Of a stretch of 64,000 nucleotides of DNA, positions 24,733 to 36,238 are shown piece after piece. This DNA comes from Marsupella aquatica. Lineage: Eukaryota > Plantae > Marchantiophyta. The notes below the pieces were generated by a model. It saw nothing but the letters and a program-made list of their open reading frames with translations, had not been told where the DNA came from and ran no database searches. Location of the stretch: positions 16,354,248 to 16,418,247 of the forward strand of contig OZ316891.1 in NCBI GenBank assembly GCA_973895155.1. The letters are read 5' to 3'. The number at the start of each line of letters is the position of its first letter. Within the stretch, counting starts at the first letter, position 1. The position numbers were made by a program, and so were the translations under genes.

Positions 24733-27369
24733 CTAATGCCTGGCACGCTTGCCAGAGCCGCCCGAATGGGAACGGCCATCCCGCTGCCTTCGAAGCCTGT
24801 CATTGTCCGCCTTGAGGAGCTGGACCTGGTCCAGCAAAGATTCGTTCTCTCGCCTCGCCGCGTCCGTCTCCTCTGCTGCCTCCTGACATGCCTCCTCCAG
24901 CTGCTGGGCGTCGCTCGTCAGTTTACTCGCCAGCTGGTCCTGCTTCTCGGCCTCAGTTTGGAGCCGCGCCATCTCGGCCTGCAGCGTGGCTATCTCCGTC
25001 GCGTCCCGCTGGGCTCGCTCCTCGGCTTCCTCCAGGTCTTTCTGCCAGGTGACAGCTTGTTTCTTCAAACTGTCAATCTGGTTCCGGAGTCGTGTAATCT
25101 CGGCCTCGTTCCCAGCTTTGGCCTGTTCGGCTAAGGCGGTAAGAGCGTACGCCTTTGCCAACAACTCATCGGCGGCTGCAACCTTGGGTCGTAGTTGCAG
25201 AAGCTCAGCCTCTTGAGCCGCCACTTCGTTCTTTAGGTACACGGACTCCACCCGGTACCGCTCTATCCTCTGAAGGGCCTCCGACTGGGCCCGACCTGCC
25301 TTTACGGCGGCAACCAACTCCTGATTGAAGAAACAGGCTACCTTCCGGGCCATGAATTCCCCGGTATCTCGGGCAATTTGATGAGAGAAATCTCCCAGAA
25401 GCCCGTTCAGAAACATACCCTGTACGAAGAGTTCCGGGTGGTCCAAGTTGTGCCTGTCCGGATTTGGGCACGGGCAGACATCAACACGCGCAGGGGCCGG
25501 GGCAGTGACGTCCAGCCCTGGGGACAAATCGTTGGCAGGGGCTGGAGTGTCCTCCTGCAGCGATGTCCGGTTCTCCGGAATTGCCACCGGCGGGTCCTTG
25601 GGAGACCCGGGTTCGGGGAAGACCTCTGCCGTACCAACTTCTGTACTTAGCCCGGCTAGTTGGGTCGCATCAACGGTTGCGACGACCGACCCCTCCGGCG
25701 CCTCCTCGGTTACGATTACAGCTATTTGTGGAGGTGGGGTGGGTGAAGCTGGCGTGTCCACTGGACTTCGGGCCTCGGGTTGGGGCCATCTCTCCAATGC
25801 CGGAAAAACCCACCTAGCTGGGACCAGCTTTGTAACGTTGATGCGGGGAAGGGTTCGTCGATCAAACCGGGCGTACCACTCAAGAATGATTTCGATATGG
25901 CTAGCAAAATACGCCTTCCTGCCAATGTACAGCGTCTTCCTTCGCCGCTCCATCTCTTCATGGAATTTCTTAGCGAAGTACGATGCCCATTTCCTAGGTC
26001 GATAGTTCTCGACCTGGATAACCTGGGCGGCGGAGATCTCCCCCCGGGGTTCCATCATGTGGAGAGCGTACCTCTGGAACTCCAGCCGCTCAGCTATCTC
26101 GGGCATGAGGCAGGTCCTCATCACGAACCCGTTGTCTACTGATCCCTCTGAGGGAAAACTTGAAGATTGGTACTTGGCCCCCTTGCCCCCGGGAGCCCGT
26201 GATTCGACTCGATGGTCACCTTCGGGTAACCCGAAGATCATCTTGAGCCGTTCTTCTGTGAGGGACATATTCCTTCCCCGCAGCCGAGTCTATTGACGTA
26301 CGTCGTCATAATTCTTGACGAATTCTGTCATGTCCTCCCCGTAGTACCTGCAAGTGTTCCAGGGGAGAGAGGCGAGGTGCTCAAATCCCTAAGTCTTCAG
26401 GTACACCGCATGCTTGGGATGGAGAATGTTGCTGTGAACGTTTTCCCCCATGCGATGCATCGTCACCTTGGCTACGGCTACCGTGGCCAACGGTAACCCG
26501 GATGCAGTGGCGGATTCCTTCCTCTTCTTTCCCCATGACTGACTCGGGGAAGGTGATACTTCCCCATCCTCCCGATCGGGCCTGGGGAGTGCCACTGCGG
26601 TTGGTAACGGGCTCGGGGCGGCCACGGTCACCATGTTGTCTGCTGGGGCCGCTCCTGGGGTCAGAGCAGGGGGTGGGGACGATATAGTGTCGGCCCCCCG
26701 AGCGCTTGTTCCTCTGGGCCGCCTGGTCAAGGGTGGGGTAGCCTCGTCGTCATCGCTAAGATCCACAGCGTTGATGACGGAGCGTACCTGTGCTGGCTGG
26801 GTGATAGGTGGTGGGGTTTGGCTAGGCTGCGGCTGAGGCTGAGGCTGGGGTTGCATGGGCACGGGTACGGGTATGGGTACGGGCCCGGCTGAGTTGGTCA
26901 TGTTGGTTGATGGCCGAGTTCCCATGAAGCTCTGCAGGTGCTGGTAGAAGTTCTCCGAAGCGAGTGCGGACGCCCTTGTCGAACGGTTGGTACTGGACTC
27001 GCCGTTAATGACAGCCCGAACCTGGGCAGGGATGTGGTCGAAGTGATGTCGCTGCAGGTCAATTGTACCCGGGATATTGAAGACCTCGTTCGGAAGCCGA
27101 AGCAATGCTTCCCAGAACCCGATATATTTGTCTCCGTTGAAGAAGTAACCAGATACCTCAGCTGGTCGGTAAAGCTCGCTCTGAGACGGGTAGTCAAAGT
27201 TAAGGACGTAGTGGTGTCGTCCTGCTAGGCGGATGGCTCTCTCGTATTCGCGTTCGATCTTGTATCGGCGCGGGTTGGCGTGTTTCAATGAATCGGCCAA
27301 GTGCCTTCCGGTAGATAGGAACTGCGTCCAGAATCGAATGGCCGAGCTGGAGAGGATCGTGTGCGATAT
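24733..27369 (-). pseudogene. Family B LTR-encoded ORF (~878 codons): PMD/Transposase_32-like motif plus C-terminal coiled coil
   Basis: 303-aa and 511-aa ORFs in one frame with two TAGs that read through in the other LTR; start ATG mutated to ATA at 27367-27369; motif GFEHLASLPW..MTEFVKNY..RLRGRNMSLTEERLKMIFGLPEG. Confidence 0.82.
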
Positions 27370-27470
27370 TCAGAGGAGATAGTAGTGGCGACCTAGAGAG
27401 AACGAGAGAGCTGGGGTCGAAGCTGGCGCGCGGACTGATGGACTGGTGCACTACAAAGGGTTGGCTCCCC

Positions 27471-27477
27471 TTTTATA
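27471..27477 (-). promoter_or_regulatory. Candidate TATA box ~100 nt upstream of the family B LTR ORF
   Basis: GTATAAAAGGGG on minus; conserved in the 5' LTR copy (35885-35892) at a similar spacing to the ATG at 35784. Confidence 0.5.
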
Positions 27478-28727
27478 CTTTGAGGGCTTGTCGATCCCCG
27501 ACGTCTCCTCGACGCCCATAGGTTGAACCGCTCACGCTTGTGGTGTACCGGCCACTCCGCCGGTCTGAGTCAGCGTGCGTCAGTGGCCGCTTCCTTAAGT
27601 TCGTTATACGGACCCGAGGGAGGGGCCCCTCCACGCTCGTAACCCGGGTGTGCGAATAGCGACCCGCCGCCAGCCCGAACCTGAAGTCCCCCTTATTGCC
27701 TAATGATGTCCTACCCCTAATGATTACCTAAATACTGTCGTTATGCTAATAATAGCGGCCTAAGACCCACCTAACGCGCGTGCCGAGCGCAGTTAGACTG
27801 AATCACTCATTAACCGCCGTACCGGCGGCGTCACACCAGGTGTCATCCCTGGTTGGAATGGCATTGATGGGATCGTCCTCCTCCTCTTTGGCTTCTCTCT
27901 GCCTCCTGCTCTGCTGCTCGTCTGGCTTCTTGGGTGCCGCCGACCTCGTTCTTTTTGTCGGGGTGGCTTCATCGTTGACGGCTCCCTTCCTCTTCATTTC
28001 GGCTCCCGTGGATGTCTCTCCTAGCACGGTTGCCTTTGTCCACCCCTCCGTGCTACCCTTCAACTCCCAGTGTATGTTGTTGCAGCGTTTGATGGCTTCT
28101 CGGATGCCGACGACTCTATCTTCGCAAAACAGAAGATCGTCGAGCTGATTGGAAGTAGGAGTCCACAAGAACTCGGCCTTGATGAGTTCGCCTCCTAAGA
28201 AAGTTGTCTTCTGCAGCTCCCACAATCAAGCAAGCTCCTGCCGTTCTCGAGCTGCCCTTTCTGATTCTTCGTCCTCGTAAGTCTTGATGTACTCAGTTGC
28301 CCGTTCGAACAGGCATCCCCAGAAATGTGCCGCTTGATTGACGTTGCTCATACCCTCCTTGAGTCGATCGTTGGTATCTGTTCCCACCCTGAGTGCTTGT
28401 CTAAGCAGCTGACAGCATTTGGCCTCCCGTAGTCGTCTGCCCAGTTCGTTCTTGCAAATGAGCCACTATTCCTCGCGAGCGGTCCTTACCCCTCTCCTCT
28501 TCCGGTCCTTCCTTCTGTTGATCCTTCCTAGCCGCCGACGCTTAGCGTGCCCTAACCCTAATCTTGTTTTCAACCCCAGCGTCCTTACTTCCGGCCTCGG
28601 CCCGGGTTCCATAGTCGCCCCTAATTGTTTATATTTTCCTTGTTTTGTCCCTATACTAAGGTGTTTCTAGGGTGCACTTCTGCTTTACCCACTTAACTGG
28701 CCGAGTGATTCTTGGCTAGGCATCACA

Positions 28728-31700
28728 ATGATGTTTGCGGCAAGGAGACGATCAATTTCCTCCTTCACTAAGATGGAGTACCTCGGGTTCATGCGACGTT
28801 GTCGCTGCCGTACTAGATGGGCCCCCAGATTCAAATCGATCGTGTGTTCCCCTAACTCGGGGGAGACTCCTGTTAAATCGTGATGACTCCATGCAAACAC
28901 ATCTTCATATTTCTTGAGCAGAGCTTGGATAGATTTTTCCGCCTCCCCCGTCAGAGCGTGGCCCAGGTTAAACGATTTATCCATCTCAATGGTGTACTTC
29001 CGGTAGTGCTCCTTCTTGATGACTTCAACCTAGTTCCGCAAGCTCGGGTCCAGGCTTGCATCAAGTTCAGCTAACCAAACTCCTCCGTACATGGGTGGAA
29101 CCGGGATTGGTCTCGGGATTGGAGTTACTTCCTCCAACTGCGGGATGGACGGATCCCAGGAGACTCGTTTCTTATGTCTCGGTCTCGGGGTTTCAGCCCC
29201 GGCCGGTTGTTTGGCTGGTTCATGGTCATGAGGCTCTGCACTGGTAGAAGCAACATCGGCTCCCTGCTTAGCTGGAGCTGGGTCCTCCGTATCGATGAGT
29301 CGTTTTTGCATTTCCTCATCCCGGGCAGTAGAGGTGCTTGGGGTGGGCTCAATAGCAGCCTTCGGGCAATTCAGGAGATGTGTTTTGCGGGTTGCCTCAA
29401 CTCTGAAGACATCTTCCTCGGACAGGGACGAGATGAGTTCAATCATGTTGAGTTCCTCTTCCTCCGAGGTCTCCAAATCATATTCCTCGGGTCCCTGTGG
29501 GGTTTCGCCCTGATAATCATCCATTGCCCATGATACCCGTACTGTGGGTGTCCCAAACCGTAGCTCCTTCTTTCCCCAATCCGTGACCACACGGCCACCG
29601 TATAGCCACGGCCTGCCTAGGAGGACCGGATAAGAGGAGGTCCGAACCGGCCTCATGACTAGGAAGTTGAGATAGAACTCCACCCCTCCTACTAGAGTGA
29701 GTACCCGTGTAAGCGTGCCCAATGGAAGTACCCTTGCCCCGTTTGCTAATCTGATAGCTCGGGCTGTGGGTTGATACGTGAGGTATCCCAACTTGACTGA
29801 TGTTTCTTCAGTCATGATGTTGACTCCCGCTCCCCCGTCTACGAGAACCATCTTGATGGTACAATTATTAATTTCAATCGAGATATCCGGCGCTCCCAGG
29901 TCCTCGCATATCATGTTGCAATCCGCAATCCCAACTTGGGGTAGTCGTCTCCGTCGTCGACCCGTAAGCAACTCCCTCAGTTGCCGTCTGTACTGTGGAT
30001 TGTTTTGCAGCAGTTGTCCTACCGTTGCTGTAACCGGGCAACTCTTCACGTCTTCCTTAATATCATAGTCCTCCTTCTTTTCTTCCTTCGGCTGCAGCTT
30101 GGCTTCCTCTTGCTTATCTTGCTTTTCTTGCTCCTGTCGCCGGGCTGTCTCGGCTGCTTTGATGTCCTTATCGATTGCCTTCTGGTATTCCCGAGCTTCG
30201 TAGGCCTCCAGCTGTTTCTTTACCAATTCTTTGATGCGGGGGAAAAATAGCTTCGGATCATCCCGTCGGTAGTCAGCATCCCTCTCCGGGGGTATATCTA
30301 TTGCTGGCTGCACCGGAGTAGTATCTTGCTTTTTCCTGCGTTTCTCCTCCTGCTTCTCTTCCTTCCGTTCGGCTCTTGTTGACACACGATAGCACTCAGC
30401 CTCGTTAGATGGATTAGGGTGTTCCGCCACGTCCACCAGATTCACCCACTCGGTGTTGTCATCTTGCCATTCCACCGCAATCATTTGGACGACCGCATCA
30501 CTCGTGGCCGGTCCGCCCTGGGCTGGTCTTGCTGCATTTGTTCGAGCGGCCATTACCAATGGACAGTTGGCCGTGGAATGAGCTTCCGTTTTGCAGACTT
30601 GACAAAGTGGCGTGCCACGGCCATCCCCCTGGCGTCTTGGTTCTGTGCATTCCCTCGCAAAATGGTCGGGCTTCTCACAGTTGTAACAAACCGGGGATCG
30701 CCAAATCCCTGGTTTAGGAGGAATGGTAGGGTTACTGATAACTTGGAAGCCTCGACCATTGTTTGGGTAGGGGTATGCAGTTCTACCTGCTAAGTTACGC
30801 GGACCCACCGTTGAAATCTGATACACCGAATCAGGAGGGTCTTCAAAGAAATACCCCGTGGACTCCGCTTTAGGTCCCGGGTTGTCGACATCATCTAAGT
30901 CCACCTGGTGAACTCGGTTCTTCCATCTTGGGCATTCTTGCACTACATGCCCGGATTGGAAGCACTTTGAACACCACGCATGGGCTCAAATCTCAGATGG
31001 TTTCTTCTTCTCCACCAGCTTTTCCGCGAGATGTACTGATAGTGCTTTGAGGCGATCCGTGATTTTGTTAAGCTTGTCTGCTTCGGCAGCCTTTGGATCG
31101 GGTATCGCTCTGCGAGTACAAGATTTGATTTTCCCCTCCTTCTTAACCCGCCTTTTCTTCTTCTTGCCCTGGCTCTCATTCTCCGAATCACTTCCTGATG
31201 AGCTGGAGGTGGAGGACCCGCTGTTCGAAGTTGAATCTGAACTGGATTCAGTCTCCGAACTAGACGAGGTCGAACGATGTTTCTTCTTCTTCTTGCGTTT
31301 CTTCTTCTTCTCGTCTCTGATTTGGAGTCACTGTCACTGAAGGTCTCGTACTTGCCCTTCTTGCGGCGTACCCGTTGGCTTCGCCGAGAGTTATAGGTGG
31401 ACTTCTGGTAAGTTTCGGTGCACGCTATGGCTGCTTGCATTGAAATTGGATTATTCTGGCGCACCCAGAATTGCATATTCGTGGGCAAACATGGAGGAAC
31501 CATGTAAGCTGGAGTGCATCACTAGGCCTGGGCCGTATCTTGGCAGCAAGTTTCTGAAACTTCTGAATGAACTTTTGCAGGGACTCCTTTTTTCTCATGC
31601 AAAGCTGGCCGATCTTTAATAGAGAGCGTTGCTCGGATCCAATAGCACGAAATTCTTGCAACAACGCAGCTTGGAATTGTGCCCATGTAGTCCCGGGTGG

Positions 31701-32004
31701 CAGCGAGTTGTACCATGGATGAGCTTCTCCCCGCATCACTCCGGGGAGGACGGTTAACTTAATGGCGTCTTCCCCGTTAGCCTTAGCAGTGGCTTCAAAC
31801 TCATCCAACCATTCATCCAGATCATCCCCATGACGCCCTTTGAAAGGTCGATAATGAAACCGCGATCATTGCGATATTTGTGGAGGAGCTTGGGCAGCGC
31901 GGGCCATCGGTGGGGCGGCTGCCATAGGTGGTGGCGGTGGTGGCACAGGAACCGCAGTAGGACCGGTCGAACCGGACCCCGAAGGTCCCGGTGGTATGTT
32001 CATT
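28728..32004 (-). pseudogene. gag-pol: Family B gag-pol remnant (frameshifts and stops)
   Basis: DEFEATAKANGE gag motif; CYNCEKPDHFAREC and CQVCKTEAHSTANC; LVDGGAGVNIM protease; VFAWSHHDL..RMNPRYSILVKEEIDRLL RT N-terminus. Confidence 0.87.
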
Positions 32005-32211
32005 CGTCGGGACGATTGCGAGTCCTCCGAGCCTGAAGAATCGGAGCTTTTGTGGTCGCACCTTCTCGTTTGCTGGTCAATCTCCTCAAGTAAGCTGCTT
32101 GAGAACGAGTGACGGGCATTTACTCGTGTAAATGCGATGGTTAGTACTAGGGCCTGGTGTACTCTGCCCAGGCAAATACGCGCATGTCTTCCTTCTACGA
32201 TATGTAGAGTG

Positions 32212-32230
32212 CCCCCTCCATCTAGCGCCA
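32212..32230 (-). promoter_or_regulatory. Primer binding site, family B (identical to family A; tRNA-Arg type)
   Basis: TGGCGCTAGATGGAGGGGG on minus, 13 nt from the LTR end at 32244. Confidence 0.75.
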
Positions 32231-32243
32231 AAAACAAAGGCTA

Positions 32244-35200
32244 TGTCACGTCATCAGCCTTGGCCTTAACTCGGGCTTCAGCTTTAAACGGGCACCTCCT
32301 TCGTAAATATGAGGGTTCGGGCAGGGAGGGAAGCGCATAATGCACCTAATTCAAGTAAACTAGCGCTAAGTGCGCCTACTGTTAGATACGGACATCTCCT
32401 AGGTATGGTTTATGTTCCGCCACCGGAACGTACCTTAGTCAATAACAGGATCGACCCCAGCTTAAGGACTTCTAAGCCTTCGTGTTATCCGCCTTCGATC
32501 CAGATTCAATGATACAGGTCCTCAACCCATGTTCGCAACCACATACCCGCAAGCTGCACCCCGTGCACGACTCGGGTAGTGCGTTCGGCCCGGCGTTGCC
32601 ACCTATACATGAGATTCACACACACATACACGCGTACAAGCATACAAGCATACAATCTCGATTTACATGAAGGAAATAATGGGAAAGGATTTTACTACAT
32701 AGGGGACATGTGCGTACACTTGGTTGACCCGACAGCTCCGGAATGAACAGATTCAAGGCCGAGAGAGTATACTACAACGGAGCCCGGCTCCGTACTTGCC
32801 CGGCGAGCTTAGTCCTACCCCCTCCCCTTGGTACTCTTTCACTCCCAGAGGTCGGGACTCCCCACGCATACCACGGATGTTCAATTCTGAGACTAAAACC
32901 CCCCCCCCCTTGCCTCTACTGAGGGGTGCACTAAATACTAAGGGTCGGGGAACGGAGTGTCCTCCCGACCAAAGATTTGCTGACTTAGGTCCTAACTATA
33001 ATCTGACTGTCAGGCCGAAAAATGGCTGTGTCTTATTAGAAGATCCTAATCTACGTAGGCTGGACAGCATGGCAGTGCTGTTGTAACTAAGGCAGGTGCC
33101 TGTCCCAATAGCCTGACTTAGCTACTCCTAACCCTATTCTATTCCTACTCCGCCGCTAATGCCTGGTACGCTTGCCAAAGCCGCAAGAGTGGGAGCGGCC
33201 ATCCCGCTGCTTACGAAGTCTGTCGTTGTCTGCCTTGAGGAGCTGGACCTGGTCTTGCAAAGATTTGTTCTCTCGCTTTGCCGCGTCTGTCTCCTCCGCT
33301 GCCTCCTGGCATGCCTCCTCCAGCTGCTGGGCGTCGCTCGTCAGCTTGCCCGCCAGCTGGTCCTGCTTCTCGGCTTCGGTTTGGAGCCGTGCCACTTCGG
33401 CCTGTAGCGTGGCTATCTCTGTAGTGTCCCGTTGGGCCCGTTCTTTGGCCTCCTCCAGGTTCTTCTGCCAGATGACAGTTTGATTCTTCAAACTGTCAAT
33501 CTGGTTCCGGAGTCGTGCAATCTCGGCCTCGTTCCCAGCTTTGGCCTGCTCGGCTAGGGCGGTAAGGGCGTGCGCCTTTGCTAACAAATCATCGACGGCT
33601 GCAACTTTGGGTCGTAGTTGCAGAAGCTCAGCCTCTTGAGCCACCCGGTACCGCTCTATCCTCTAAAGAGGCCTCTGACTGGGCCCGACCTACCTTTACT
33701 GCGGCAACTAACTCCTGATTGAAGAAACAGGCTACCTTCCGGGCCATGAACTCCCCGGTATCCCGGGAAATTTGATGAGAGAAATCTCCCAGAAGCCCGT
33801 TCAGAAATGTACCCGGTACGAAGAGTTCCGGGTGGTCCAGGTTCTGCCTGTTCGGAGTTGGGCACGGGCAGACGTCAACACGCGCGGGGGCTGGGGCAGT
33901 GACATCCAGCCCTGGGGACGTAATGTTGGAAGGGGCTGGAGTGTCCTCCTGCAGCAATGTCCGGTTCTTCGGGGTAACCACCGGTGGGTCTTTGGGAGAC
34001 CCGGGCTCGAGTAAGACCTCCGCTGTACCAACTTCTGTACTTAGCCCGGCCTGTTGGATTGCATCAACGGTTGCGATAACTGACCCATCCGGTACCTCCT
34101 TGGTTACGACTACAGCTACTTGTGGAGGTGGGGTGGGTGAAGCTTGCGTGTCCACTGGACTTCAGGCCTCGGGTTGGGGCCGTCTCTCCAAGGCTAGAAA
34201 AACCCACCTAGTTGGGACCAGCTTTGTAACGTTGACACGGGGAAGGGTTCGTCGATCAAACCGAGCGTACCACTCAAGAATGATCTCGATGTGGCTAGCA
34301 AAATACGCCTTCCCGCCAATGTACAGCGTCTTCCTTTGCCGCTCCATCTCTTCATGGAATTTCTTAGCGAAGTACGACGCCCACTTCCTAGGTCGATAGT
34401 TCTCGACCTGGATAACCTGGGCGATGGAGATCTCCCCCCAGGGTTCCATCATGTGGAGGGCGTACCTTTGGAACTCCAGTCGCTCAGCTATCTCGGGGAT
34501 GAGGCAGGTCCTCATCACGAACCCGTTGTCCACTGCTCCTTCTGAGGGAAAACTCGAGGATCGGTACTTGGCTCCCTTGCCCCCGGGAGCCCGTGATTCG
34601 ACTCGATGGTCACCTTCGGGTAATCCGAAGATCATCTTGAGTCGTTCTTCCGTGAGGGACATATTCCTTCCCCGCAGCCGAGTATGCTGACGTGCGTCAT
34701 CATAATTCTTGACGAATTCTGTCATGTCCTCCCTGTAGTACCTGCAAGTGTTCCAGGGCAGAGCGGCAAGGTGCTCGAATCCCTGAGTCTTTAGGTACAC
34801 CGCATGCTTGGGATGGAGGATGTTCTTATGCACGTTTTCCCCCATGCGGTGCATTGTCACCTTGGCCACGGCTACCGTGGCCAATGGTAACCCGGATGCA
34901 GTGGCGGGTTCCTTCCTCTTCTTCCCCTGTGACTGGCTCGGGGAAGGTGACACCTCCCCATCCTCTCGATCGGGCATAGGTAGTGCTACCACCGTTAGTA
35001 TTGGTCCCGGGGCGGCCACGGTCACCGTGTTGTCTGCTGGAGCCGCTCCTTGGGTCCGAGCATGGGGAGGGGACGATGTAGTATCGGCCCCCTGGGTGTT
35101 TGCTCCTCTGGGCCGCCTGAGCAAGGGTGGGGTAGCCTCGTCGTCGTCGCTAAGGTCCACAGCGTTGATGACGGAGCGTACTTGTACTGCTGGCGGGGCG

Positions 35201-36238
35201 ATCGGCGGTGGGGGTTGGCTAGGCTGAGGCTGAGACTGAAGCTGAGCCTGAGCCTGAGCTTGAGCCTGAGCCTGCATTGGTACGGGTACGGGTATGGGGT
35301 CCACTGGGCTGGCGCCGGTGTTTGCGGGTCTAGTTCCCATGAAGCTCTGCAGGTGCTGGTAGAAGTTCTCCGAAGCAAGTGCGGACGACCTTGTTGAACG
35401 GGTAGTGCTGGACTCACTGTTGATGATAGCCCAAACCTGAGCAGGGATGTGGTCGAAGTGATGTCATTGCAAGTCGTTCGTACCTGGGATATTGAAGACC
35501 TCATCCGAAAGCCAAAGCAATGCTTCCCAGAAACCGATATATTTGTCTCCATTGAAGAAGTACCCAGATACCTCTGCTGGTTGGTAAAGCTCGCTCTGAG
35601 ACGGGTAGTCAAAGTTAAGGATGTAGTGGTGTCGTCCTGCTAGGCGGATGGCTCTCTCGTACTCGCGTTCGATTTTGTATCGGCGTGGGTTGGCGTGTTT
35701 CAATGAGTCGGCCAAGTGCCTTCCGGTAGATAGGAACTGCGTCCAGAATTGAATGGCCAAACTGGAGAGGATCGTGTGCGACATTTAGAGGAGATAGTAG
35801 TGGCAACTTAGAGCAAACAAGAGAGCTGGGGTCGAAGCTGGCGCGTGGACTGATGGACTGGTGCACTCCAAAGGGTCGGCTCCCTTTTTATACCTTGAGG
35901 GCTTGCCGATCCCCCAACATTTCCTCGTTGCCTATAGGCTGAACCGTTCACGCTTGTAGTGTACCGGCCACTCCACCGGTTTGAGTCACCGCGTGTCAGT
36001 GGACACCTCTCGAAGTTCGTTATACGGACCCGAGGGAGGGGCCCCTCCACGCTCGTAACCCGGGCGTGCGAATGGCGACGCGCCGCCAGCCCAAACATGA
36101 ATTCCCCTTATTGACTAATGATTTCCTACTCATAATGGCTACCTAAATACTATCGTTATGCTAATCATAGCGGCCTAAGATACTCCTAATGCGTGTGCTA
36201 GGCACGGTTTAGACCGAATTACTCATTACTCGCCGTAC
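32244..36238 (-). repeat. Family B 5' LTR (~4.0 kb; outermost ~13 bp missing)
   Basis: Collinear with the solo LTR 23837-27835; similarity stops at CGCCGTAC (36238), and the CGGCGGCGTCACA terminus is absent. Confidence 0.88.
33156..35784 (-). pseudogene. Family B LTR-encoded ORF, 5' LTR copy (disrupted)
   Basis: ATG at 35784 (MSHTILSS); segments 35464-35784, 34162-35340, 33628-34155 and 33156-33644 are homologous to 24733-27369. Confidence 0.82.

Larger units (their letters stand above)
23837..27835 (-). mobile_element. Family B solo LTR (3999 bp)
   Basis: TGTGACG..CGTGACA on minus; TSD CCAGG at 23832-23836 and 27836-27840; homologous to 32244-36238; interrupts RDDTW|KGW of the family A LTR ORF. 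Confidence 0.93.
20874..28351 (-). pseudogene. Family A LTR-encoded ORF, copy 3 (split by the family B solo LTR)
   Basis: ATG at 28351; segments 27803-28225, 23091-23801, 22017-22973 and 20874-21947 are collinear with 5867-9202. Confidence 0.85.
1..28727 (-). mobile_element. Ty3/gypsy non-chromovirus LTR retrotransposon, family A (3' end beyond window start), heavily nested
   Basis: 5' LTR from 28727 (TGTGATG on minus) to 16999 (CACCACA on minus); PBS at 16976-16994; gag-PR-RT-RH-IN order on minus strand; inserted in the RT of family B (RLLAANII|LTR). Confidence 0.9.
16999..28727 (-). repeat. Family A 5' LTR (~4.75 kb net of two nested insertions)
   Basis: Termini match the 1726-10118 remnant in reverse orientation; adjacent PBS. 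Confidence 0.9.
28728..36238 (-). mobile_element. Ty3/gypsy family B element, 5' portion (LTR, PBS, gag, PR, start of RT)
   Basis: LTR 32244-36238, PBS 32212-32230, gag-pol remnant ~32004-28728, interrupted by family A. Confidence 0.88.
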
